Positions 35,385-43,576 of a stretch of 64,000 bases of DNA are shown piece by piece (within the stretch, counting starts at the first letter, position 1; each line of letters opens with the position of its first letter). This DNA comes from Patescibacteria group bacterium (GTDB lineage: Bacteria; Patescibacteriota; Microgenomatia; UBA1406). The DNA lies in NCBI GenBank assembly GCA_041665145.1, contig JBAYJK010000003.1:5177-69176 (forward strand). Reading direction: 5' to 3'. Below the pieces are notes generated by a model. The model searched no databases. It saw only the letters and a list, made by a program, of their open reading frames with translations, and was not told where the DNA came from. The translations under genes and the position numbers were made by a program.

Positions 35385-37877
35385 TTAAACAACGGCAGCC
35401 GTTGTAATGTGGTCATCTTTTTCCGAGAACCTCATTACAATAACCCCCTGCGTATTCCGTGATAACGACGGAATAGATTGAATGGGAACCTTAACGGTTT
35501 GTCCCATTGCTGATGTCAAAATCAATTCACTGTCTTCCGGTGTCACCAGTTGCGAGAACACGATCGGTCCGGTCTTTGAAGTTACCTTGGCTGCTTTAAT
35601 ACCGACGCCTCCCCTGTTTTGTGCTCTGAATTTGTCGACGTCGACAAGTTTTCCGTGACCTTTTTCGGTGACGATCAAGAGTCTGCTTGATTTGATCTCG
35701 GCTTGCGGAATAACACTCATGGAAGTAACGACCTCTTCACCTTTCAATTTGATTCCGCGTACACCCTGAGCGGAACGTCCGAGCGGCCTGACGATGTGTT
35801 CGTTAAACGTAATCGCTTTACCTCCGATGCTTACAAGAAAGATGAAGTCGTTTTTCTTAATGAGTGCAACATCGATTAATTCGTCTTTTTCCGTTAGTTT
35901 GATGGCAATCAAGCCGCTGGTGCGGATATTGGTATATTCCTCAAGATTTGTTTTCTTCACGGTGCCGTCTTTGGTGACAAAAAATACTGCGACGGTATTT
36001 TTGATTTCGTCGACATTCTTCGGGCTGTAGCTGAAAAATGTACTTACTTTTTCATTTTCCTGCAGATTAATAAGATTGACGACTGCCTTTCCTTTGGATT
36101 GTCGGGAACTTTCGGGAACATCCCATGCACGAATCTGAAGTACGCGTCCCTGGTTCGTGAAGAACAACAGGTTGTCATGCGTGCTGCATGATTCTATTTT
36201 CTTGACGATATCACCTTCATTTGTTTTGATTGCGGAAATTCCCTTCCCTCCGCGTTTTTGCTGTTTGAACGATCCGGGAGGCAATTGCTTTATGTAGCCG
36301 TTGTCCGTTAATACGATGTACGCTTCTTTTTCTTCGATAAGCTCTTCTTCGGTAAACTCACCCGGTCGTGAGCGGACAACTTTTGTTTTCCGCTTGTCAC
36401 CGTATTTTTCTTTTAACTGAATGAGTTCCGTTTTAATGTCATCGAGAATGTAGGTAAGGGACGAAAGCAGCTTTTCCAGTTTTGCAATTAACGCTTTCAA
36501 ACCGGCAAGTTCGTCCAAGATTTTGTCTTTTTCAAGATTCGTCAATTTCTTCAATTGCATGTCCAAAATTGCCTGCGTCTGCACTTCACTGAATTTGAAA
36601 CGGGCAATAAGCTTTGTTTTGGCAACTTCTTCACTTGCTGACTTTTTGATGATCTCGACAATCTCATCGATGTTATCTATCGCAATCAAAAGTCCCTCAA
36701 GTATATGTGCGCGGTCTTGTGCAACTTTCAGGTCAAATCGTGAACGGCGAATAACCACATCGGCACGGTGACGTAAGAAGAGTTCGAGAATGGTCTTCAG
36801 GGAAAGTGTTTGCGGTACTCCGTCGACCAGCGCAACAATATTTACCGGGAAGGTGGTCTGCAATGAGGTCTTCAAAAATAAGTTGTTAAGAATTTTTCGC
36901 GCAACGGCATCTCGCTTCAATTCAATGACAACACGGATACCTTTACGGTCAGACTCATCACGCAAATCGGAAATACCGATAAGCTTTTTCTCTTGTACCA
37001 GTTCGGCAATGCGTGCAACGAGTGTCGCTTTATTTACTTGGTACGGCAACTCGGTGATGATAATCGCTTGTCGTCCTTTGTTATCCATTTCTTCAATTTC
37101 GGCAACGCCGCGCATGATAATGGAATTTCTGCCGGTAAGATATGCTTGTTTAATGTCTTCATGTGAGTAAATAACGCCTCCCGTCGGGAAGTCGGGACCC
37201 TTGACGATCTTCAACAGGTCCTCCACATTAATGCCGAAACCGACGGTTTGTGCCGCTTCGTCTATCGTCAGTTTCTTATCAAACGCACGGGTATCAATCA
37301 TATTGATCAGCGCTTCGGCAAGTTCACCCAAATTGTGTGGAGGAATCTTTGTTGCCATACCGACGGCAATACCTTCCGCACCATTAAGAAGCAGATTCGG
37401 AATGCGTGACGGCAGATAATCCGGTTCCTGTAATGTCCCGTCAAAATTGTCTCTGAATTCGACGGTATTTTTGTGCATGTCAAACAGCAATTCATCACTG
37501 ATTTTTTCTAGTTTTGCTTCCGTGTAACGCATGGCAGCTGCCGAGTCTCCGTCTACGGAACCGAAGTTTCCCTGTCCCTTGATGAGGGTATAACGCATGG
37601 AGAATGTTTGAGCCATACGGACCAATGCTTCGTATACGGACGAGTCGCCGTGCGGATGATACTTACCTAAAACTTCTCCGACAACCTTTGCACATTTGGA
37701 ATAATGACCACCGGAGTCCAAACCCAACTTGTGCATTGCGTAGATAATACGCCTCTGCACAGGCTTTAAGCCGTCTCTGACGTCCGGAAGGGCACGCGAC
37801 ACGATAACGCTCATCGCGTAATCGAGGTACGACCGCTTCATTTCGTCACTGACGTTGGTTTGAATTACTGTTGTCAT
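35385..37877 (-). CDS. gyrA: DNA gyrase subunit A
   Basis: 830 aa. [14 protein letters not shown] and the active-site AAMRYTE are present, with C-terminal beta-pinwheel repeats. Confidence 0.97.
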   Translation of the reverse strand: MTTVIQTNVSDEMKRSYLDYAMSVIVSRALPDVRDGLKPVQRRIIYAMHKLGLDSGGHYSKCAKVVGEVLGKYHPHGDSSVYEALVRMAQTFSMRYTLIKGQGNFGSVDGDSAAAMRYTEAKLEKISDELLFDMHKNTVEFRDNFDGTLQEPDYLPSRIPNLLLNGAEGIAVGMATKIPPHNLGELAEALINMIDTRAFDKKLTIDEAAQTVGFGINVEDLLKIVKGPDFPTGGVIYSHEDIKQAYLTGRNSIIMRGVAEIEEMDNKGRQAIIITELPYQVNKATLVARIAELVQEKKLIGISDLRDESDRKGIRVVIELKRDAVARKILNNLFLKTSLQTTFPVNIVALVDGVPQTLSLKTILELFLRHRADVVIRRSRFDLKVAQDRAHILEGLLIAIDNIDEIVEIIKKSASEEVAKTKLIARFKFSEVQTQAILDMQLKKLTNLEKDKILDELAGLKALIAKLEKLLSSLTYILDDIKTELIQLKEKYGDKRKTKVVRSRPGEFTEEELIEEKEAYIVLTDNGYIKQLPPGSFKQQKRGGKGISAIKTNEGDIVKKIESCSTHDNLLFFTNQGRVLQIRAWDVPESSRQSKGKAVVNLINLQENEKVSTFFSYSPKNVDEIKNTVAVFFVTKDGTVKKTNLEEYTNIRTSGLIAIKLTEKDELIDVALIKKNDFIFLVSIGGKAITFNEHIVRPLGRSAQGVRGIKLKGEEVVTSMSVIPQAEIKSSRLLIVTEKGHGKLVDVDKFRAQNRGGVGIKAAKVTSKTGPIVFSQLVTPEDSELILTSAMGQTVKVPIQSIPSLSRNTQGVIVMRFSEKDDHITTAAVV

Positions 37878-37896
37878 ATTTTTCTTTAATATACTT

Positions 37897-37987
37897 GTCT
37901 AAATGTCTAAATGTCTAAGTGTCTAAGTGTCTAAGTGTCTCGGTATTTCTCAGACCTTAAGACATTCGGACAATTAGACCTTCTGAC
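37897..37987. repeat. R9: palindromic GTCTRAWT/AWTYAGAC element between ppa and gyrA
   Basis: The left arm is gtctaaat x2, gtctaagt x3, gtctcggt. The right arm is (ctc)agac cttaagac attcggac aattagac cttctgac. Confidence 0.9.
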
Positions 37988-37990
37988 GTT

Positions 37991-38506
37991 TTAGGCCTTC
38001 AGTCCCTTTTTAACTTCTGCTATAGCAACTTCTTTGCTCATGAACTTTTCTGTCTTAACCCATTTATTGGGTTCGAGTTCTTTGTAGTGGTCAAAGAAAT
38101 GCTTAATCCGGTCGGTAACTGCTGCGGGCAAATCTTCGATGTTCTCATATACGCCGTACAGCGGATCAACTTTTTTTACGGGAACGGCAATAAGTTTGGT
38201 GTCCACACCTTCTTCGTCCTTCATTTCAAGCATTCCGATAAGTTTGCACTTTATCAATGCTCCGGCCATGACGGGTTCGGATGACAAAACCATAATGTCC
38301 TGTGGGTCGCCGTCTTCACCTTTGGTGTTCGGAACAAATCCGTAGTTAAACGGATACTTCATGGCAGTGTATAAAAACCTGTCCGCCATCATAAATCCGG
38401 TCTCTTCATCAATCTCGTATTTAACCATGCTGTCTTTTTCTATTTCAATAAAAGCCAAGAGCTCTGGGAGCTTTGCCGGGTCAAGTTTAATTTTCTTAAA
38501 ATCCAT
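37991..38506 (-). CDS. ppa: Inorganic pyrophosphatase (family I)
   Basis: 171 aa. It has YPFNYGFVPNT and DGDPQDIMVL motifs. Confidence 0.93.
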   Translation of the reverse strand: MDFKKIKLDPAKLPELLAFIEIEKDSMVKYEIDEETGFMMADRFLYTAMKYPFNYGFVPNTKGEDGDPQDIMVLSSEPVMAGALIKCKLIGMLEMKDEEGVDTKLIAVPVKKVDPLYGVYENIEDLPAAVTDRIKHFFDHYKELEPNKWVKTEKFMSKEVAIAEVKKGLKA

Positions 38507-38531
38507 ACAATTTAAAATTAACTTTTAATTA

Positions 38532-40448
38532 TTAAATGTCCAACGTAGCCATCTTTGCATGTGTCTGGATGAATTTTTTGCGGGGAGGCACTTCCTCACC
38601 CATCAACATGCTGAAAACCTTGTCCGCTTCTTCTGCGTCCGGAACTTGAATCTGCTTTAATACCCTATTTTCCGGATTCATAGTAGTCTCCCACAATTGT
38701 TCCGGGTTCATTTCGCCCAAACCTTTATACCTCTGTAACGTGTAGTTTGGTCCGAAGTCTTTCTTAATAACCGCATCTTTTTCATCATCCGAATATACAT
38801 ACACAAATCTCTTACCCTGTGAAATTTTGTACAACGGCGGTTGGGCAACAAAGATATGCCCTTTTTCGACTATAACCGGCATATGGCGGAAGAAGAACGT
38901 CAAAATGAGTGTCATGATGTGTTCACCGTCAACATCGGCGTCAGTCATGATGACTACTTTGTGATACCGGAGTTTTTCGTAGTTGAACATGTCCGAAATA
39001 CCCGTTCCGAGCGCAACAACCAAGTCGCGAAGCTCTTTAAACTGCATGACTTTGTCGAGATATGACTTTTCGGAGTTCAAAATTTTTCCACGAAGGGGCA
39101 AAATTGCCTGAAATTTACGGTCCCTACCCTGCTTTGCGGAACCTCCTGCTGAGTCTCCCTCGACGATAAAGATTTCGGATTTTGCGGGATCTTTTTCTTT
39201 GCAGTCGGCGAGTTTTCCGGGAAGGGTCGAACCCTCAAGTGCGCTCTTTCTAATAACGGAATCACGAGCCGCTTTTGCAGCCAAGCGCGCCTGTTGTGTC
39301 AGAAGCGCCTTTGCCATAATCTCGCGGGCTTCGGACGGGTGTTCTTCAAAATATCGTTCAAGATGCTCTTTAGTTATCTGCTGCACAATAGTTTGGACTT
39401 CAGCATTCCCCAATTTCTCTTTGGTCTGTCCCTCAAATTGCAGGTTGGTGGACGGCATTTTGATATAGACAATGGCCGTCAGACCGTCGAGCGTATCTTC
39501 ACCGGAGAGATTTTCTTTCTTAATGAAACCCTGTTTGTTTCCGTAGTCGTTCAGTACTTTCGTGAGCGCCATGCGGAATCCGGTTACATGTGTTCCGCCC
39601 TCTTTGGTATTAATGACGTTTACGAATGATAAGACGTTGTCTTTAATGGAATCGTTATACTGCATCGCAATTTCCACTTCCACGTCCCCTTTTGACTCTT
39701 TAAAGTAGATGATGTCATGGAATGCGTGTTTATTGAGATTAAGGTCTTCGACAAGTGAAACAATTCCGCCCTCAAAGAAATAACCTTTTTTGATGTTATT
39801 TATATCGTCATATACATAAAGGAAGACGCTCTTGGTTAAGAAAGCCCGCTCGCGCAACTGTTTCAGAACGCGTTTGGTGTCAAGCGTTATTCCCTGCAAA
39901 AAAATCTCTTTATCGAGCAAGAACGAAATTGCCGTTCCGGTTTCCGAAAATAATCCGAGTTCCGATTTTGCCATTACTTTTACCGGACCGGCAGGAATGC
40001 CACGGTGATATTCCTGTCGATATACTTTATTACCTCTTCTCACTTCAGCAATCATATGGTCGGACAATGCATTGACGACGCTTGAACCGACACCATGAAG
40101 TCCACCGGACACTTTGTATGAACGCGTGTCGAACTTTGCACCTGCATGAAGCTTGGTAAGAATAATTTCCAAAGCGCTCTTTTTGTATGCCGGCATTTCC
40201 TCCGTGGGAATACCACGGCCATTGTCCACGACAGTGAAATAACCGTTCTTTTCAATGCGTACGACTATCTTGGTACAGAACCCGGCAAGTGCTTCATCGA
40301 TACAGTTGTCGATGATTTCATTCAGACAGTGATGGACACCATCGAGGGATGTTGTCCCTATGTACATTGCGGGTCGTTTTCTGACTGGTTCGAGGCCTTC
40401 GAGGACTACAACAGATTGTGCATCATACGTTGTGTTTGTTGAAACCAT
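38532..40448 (-). CDS. gyrB: DNA gyrase subunit B
   Basis: 638 aa. LEGLEPVRKRPAMYIG, the GHKL ATPase, the Toprim EGDSAGGSAKQGRD and PLRGKILN are present. Confidence 0.97.
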   Translation of the reverse strand: MVSTNTTYDAQSVVVLEGLEPVRKRPAMYIGTTSLDGVHHCLNEIIDNCIDEALAGFCTKIVVRIEKNGYFTVVDNGRGIPTEEMPAYKKSALEIILTKLHAGAKFDTRSYKVSGGLHGVGSSVVNALSDHMIAEVRRGNKVYRQEYHRGIPAGPVKVMAKSELGLFSETGTAISFLLDKEIFLQGITLDTKRVLKQLRERAFLTKSVFLYVYDDINNIKKGYFFEGGIVSLVEDLNLNKHAFHDIIYFKESKGDVEVEIAMQYNDSIKDNVLSFVNVINTKEGGTHVTGFRMALTKVLNDYGNKQGFIKKENLSGEDTLDGLTAIVYIKMPSTNLQFEGQTKEKLGNAEVQTIVQQITKEHLERYFEEHPSEAREIMAKALLTQQARLAAKAARDSVIRKSALEGSTLPGKLADCKEKDPAKSEIFIVEGDSAGGSAKQGRDRKFQAILPLRGKILNSEKSYLDKVMQFKELRDLVVALGTGISDMFNYEKLRYHKVVIMTDADVDGEHIMTLILTFFFRHMPVIVEKGHIFVAQPPLYKISQGKRFVYVYSDDEKDAVIKKDFGPNYTLQRYKGLGEMNPEQLWETTMNPENRVLKQIQVPDAEEADKVFSMLMGEEVPPRKKFIQTHAKMATLDI

Positions 40449-40685
40449 AGGGTATCAGTATAGCACGCACACCCCCCTACTTCAACAGAATGTGTGCTTG
40501 ATTTAGCTTAATCTGACAATCTAAATAGAATATATATTATAGGATTATACATATCAAATATGCTTATTAACTTTGTACTATTTTGACAGGATAATCGTTA
40601 ATAACAATGCTAAATAACGATAGTTATAACGATACTGCTTTAAGCATATTTTGGTACCCCATTACTTTTGTGGCGCTATTTTTGG

Positions 40686-40694
40686 TGATATACT
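40686..40694 (+). promoter_or_regulatory. Extended -10 (TGATATACT) 6 nt upstream of the ABC transporter ATG
   Basis: tgatatact at 40686..40694 and ATG at 40701. Confidence 0.45.
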
Positions 40695-40700
40695 ATATAT

Positions 40701-42527
40701 ATGGAACCCACACGAGCAGCAGACAGGCCTGGTTTTAAATGGTTTGATATCATTCGCGCTCTGTGGTTATTTCTTGAGGGCCGAAGAGCAAGCTATGTAT
40801 TTTGGACCGTGGTGCTTTTTGTGGTTTATTTTTACCAGATGGTTCCGGCACTCATTATTGCCCGTATCATTGATTTCTTTTCGAAGTATCACGCCGGTCA
40901 ACCGCTCACCGAGTTCTATATATGGGCTATTGTCTTAGGCTTCGGCACGGGTATCGTCGGAATCATCAGGCTTACCGGCAAAAACAAGCTGGGCGATTTA
41001 CAAACCCACGCACGGTACCTGATGCGCACCACGGGTTTTGAACGCTTAGTCGATTTCTCGGTGAAGTGGCACGATAAAGAGAATACGGGAAACAAAGTGC
41101 AACGGATTCAGCGGGGTGACCAGGCAATGGCTGACATTCAACAACTCATTCAGAGCGATTTGTTTTTGGTTGTAACTTCGTTTATCGGAGTGCTTATCGC
41201 ATTTTTCTATCTTGATTATGTCTTCGTCATTTTCATGGTCATTTACCTCATCGGTTTTTTCGGCATCCAATCGTTTTTCTATAAGAAATTGGTTTTGTTG
41301 CAGAATGAGCGGAACAAACTGAATGAACAGGCAAGCGGTTCTTTTTTTGAGGGAGTCAACAACATTATGACCATCAAAACCCTCGGTGCACAGGATACAT
41401 TTAAAACAAATATTTTCAACCGGGAAGAAAAATCGCGCGATCTGACTATTTTTATGAGGAAGACCGGTATCAATAAATGGAAAGCGTTTCAGGTATTCAA
41501 TGCTATCGGTACGACCATATACATATTATTGGTAGGACGCGGGCTTTTGGCAGGAACCGTAACCATCGGAGCAATATATATCTACGGAGCGTACTTGACC
41601 AAGCTTGTCGATGCCGCCGCAAGCAGTACGGATGTGTTTGATGAGCTGATTGACTATCGTTCGGCGTTTGCGCGCATGATGCCGATATTCTGGGAAACAA
41701 TCCCCAAAACCGACGGGACAGCCCTTTTCCCCGACAACTGGAACAGCATCGTCGTTAACGACGGTGTATTTGCATACCCTGCAAGCGACCCGGAAAAGAA
41801 ACCGACGGCAAAGGGCAGATTTGCTCTCCGTCTCGGAAATTTTGAAATTACCCGCAACTGCCACCTGGGTGTTGTCGGACATTCCGGCAGCGGAAAGTCT
41901 ACTTTGGCTAAAATACTTCTCGGTATATACCAGTTGCGCTCCGGAGAGTTTACTGTTGACGGTTTGCCGTATCAGAACATACGCCATGATGAAGTGACCA
42001 GGGCTATGACCATTGTTCTGCAGGATTCTGAAATGTTTAACCTTTCCTTGAAAGATAATATTACATTGATGAGGTCGGTTACTCCGGAATTGTTTGAAAA
42101 GGCTATCCGGATCAGTCAACTGGCGGAAGTTGTCGCAAAGCTCCCCAACGGTCTTGATACCTTAATCGGCGAAAAAGGATACCGTCTGTCCGGAGGTGAA
42201 CGCCAACGCGTCGGGATTGCGCGGGCAATTTGCAAGAATTCCGGAATTATGGTGCTCGACGAGGCGACGTCTTCTTTGGACAGTAAGACTGAACAATTGA
42301 TTCAGGAAGGCATCGATCATGAGCTGGCGGATAAAACGCTCATTGTCATCGCCCACCGCCTGTCGACACTCAAGAACTCCGACGTGATTTATGTTTTTGA
42401 TCACGGTACGATTATAGAAACCGGTTCCTACTTAGAATTATTAAATAATCCCACTTCACATTTTTACTCGATCTACGAAGCTCAACGTCTCGCTCTTACC
42501 GAGGACAAAAAGCAAAAGGAAGCGTAA
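40701..42527 (+). CDS. ABC exporter, fused permease/ATPase
   Basis: 608 aa. It has a TM domain plus Walker A GHSGSGKST, signature LSGGERQ and Walker B IMVLDEATS. Confidence 0.9.
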   Translation: MEPTRAADRPGFKWFDIIRALWLFLEGRRASYVFWTVVLFVVYFYQMVPALIIARIIDFFSKYHAGQPLTEFYIWAIVLGFGTGIVGIIRLTGKNKLGDLQTHARYLMRTTGFERLVDFSVKWHDKENTGNKVQRIQRGDQAMADIQQLIQSDLFLVVTSFIGVLIAFFYLDYVFVIFMVIYLIGFFGIQSFFYKKLVLLQNERNKLNEQASGSFFEGVNNIMTIKTLGAQDTFKTNIFNREEKSRDLTIFMRKTGINKWKAFQVFNAIGTTIYILLVGRGLLAGTVTIGAIYIYGAYLTKLVDAAASSTDVFDELIDYRSAFARMMPIFWETIPKTDGTALFPDNWNSIVVNDGVFAYPASDPEKKPTAKGRFALRLGNFEITRNCHLGVVGHSGSGKSTLAKILLGIYQLRSGEFTVDGLPYQNIRHDEVTRAMTIVLQDSEMFNLSLKDNITLMRSVTPELFEKAIRISQLAEVVAKLPNGLDTLIGEKGYRLSGGERQRVGIARAICKNSGIMVLDEATSSLDSKTEQLIQEGIDHELADKTLIVIAHRLSTLKNSDVIYVFDHGTIIETGSYLELLNNPTSHFYSIYEAQRLALTEDKKQKEA

Positions 42528-42535
42528 TACTACCC

Positions 42536-43165
42536 ATGTCAGACCTTACTACCATTTATATTGTCAGACACGGCGAGTCGGTGTGGAATGTCATGAAGAT
42601 TCTCCAGGGGCAACGCAATTCTCCGTTAACCCGTCGGGGTAAAGAACAAGCAGTTCATCGAGCTTTAGAGTTGAAAGATATCGAGTTTTCTGCCATCTTT
42701 TCTTCCGACCTCGTGCGCGCGGAGCAAACGGCTCATGTTTTGGCGCTGAAACGGAAAATGGCCATTCAGACAACCAAAGCACTCAGGGAGCGCTATTTTG
42801 CAAAATTCGAAGGACGGCGTCCGGGAGTGGACAAAGAATTACGAAAGTTGTTCAAAGATTATGAGGCGGCATCTCCTACGGATAAATGGATAATGAATCG
42901 TGACGGTATTGAAAGTGATGAAGAAGTGGTAAGTCGGGTAATTACCCTGCTCCGTGAGGTTGCCGTCGCCTACGCGGGTAAAAACGTGCTGATGGTGAGT
43001 CATGGCGGCATGATGCATGTGCTGTTGGTGCATTTGGGATATGGTACCCACGAAGAGCTTCATCCGTGGTCCATAAGCAATCTCGCGTACATTACATTGG
43101 AATCAGACGGCGTTGAATTTACTATCAAAGAAGTACATGGAATAGTCAAAGACAGTACGGTATAA
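42536..43165 (+). CDS. Histidine phosphatase family protein (phosphoglycerate mutase-like)
   Basis: 209 aa. It has the IYIVRHGESVWN catalytic RHG motif and a downstream SHGG. Confidence 0.85.
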   Translation: MSDLTTIYIVRHGESVWNVMKILQGQRNSPLTRRGKEQAVHRALELKDIEFSAIFSSDLVRAEQTAHVLALKRKMAIQTTKALRERYFAKFEGRRPGVDKELRKLFKDYEAASPTDKWIMNRDGIESDEEVVSRVITLLREVAVAYAGKNVLMVSHGGMMHVLLVHLGYGTHEELHPWSISNLAYITLESDGVEFTIKEVHGIVKDSTV

Positions 43166-43178
43166 TGGAAAAGAAGTC

Positions 43179-43415
43179 GCCGCCTTAGCTTAAGCGGTAC
43201 CTGCCCGCAATGCTTCGCATAGCGATGCAGGCGGGGAGCAATCGATTTGAGCCGTTTTGCCGAAGTAGCTCAGGGGTAGAGCAATCGCTTTGTAAGCGAT
43301 GGGTCGTGGGTCCAAATCCCACCTTCGGCTCAAATTAATATGCGATGGGTCGTCGGTTCCCTGCTCGCCATCGCTTCGCTCAGGCGTTAGCGGGCGAGAA
43401 ATCCGACAGGCGGCT
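43179..43415 (+). pseudogene. Split or interrupted tRNA-like gene whose halves bracket tRNA-Thr (status uncertain: pseudogene, att scar or intron-containing tRNA)
   Basis: The 5' half is GCCGCCT-TA-GCTT-AAGCGGTA-[36-nt hairpin 43200..43235]-GAGC-A-ATCGA. The 3' half is GCGAT-GGGTC-GTCGG-TTC-[39-nt hairpin 43360..43398]-AAAT-CCGAC-AGGCGGC-T. The acceptor and T stems are mutually complementary, and the whole is paralogous to the nested tRNA-Thr. Confidence 0.35.
43259..43330 (+). tRNA. tRNA-Thr (anticodon UGU)
   Basis: Hand-folded cloverleaf: GCCGAAG-TA-GCTC-AGGGGTA-GAGC-A-ATCGC-TTTGTAA-GCGAT-GGGTC-GTGGG-TCCAAAT-CCCAC-CTTCGGC-T. The T-loop has C at position 55. CCA is not encoded. Confidence 0.8.
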
Positions 43416-43576
43416 CACTATTCTCGTCGGTTCCCCGATTTGTGTAGCTCATCAATTGTTGGTTGATCAAATTCCATACAGTGCTTCATGCAAAATGGGT
43501 TTCTAAATTCTTAGATTTTTATAATGATACTCTAGGATGTGTTCTGCTATAATCAAAGTATTATGTGGAGTTGTAA

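Noticed and set aside
35794-37419. Several 72-126-aa ORFs lie antisense to gyrA. Similar ones lie antisense to gyrB, lepA, pyk and the ABC transporters.
   Set aside because: They overlap strongly conserved genes on the opposite strand and have low-complexity, unconserved sequences. They are shadow ORFs.
40449-40700. The AT-rich gyrB-upstream spacer could be the replication origin.
   Set aside because: I could find no TTATCCACA-like DnaA boxes on either strand, and dnaA and dnaN are not adjacent. The spacer is explained by two divergent promoters.
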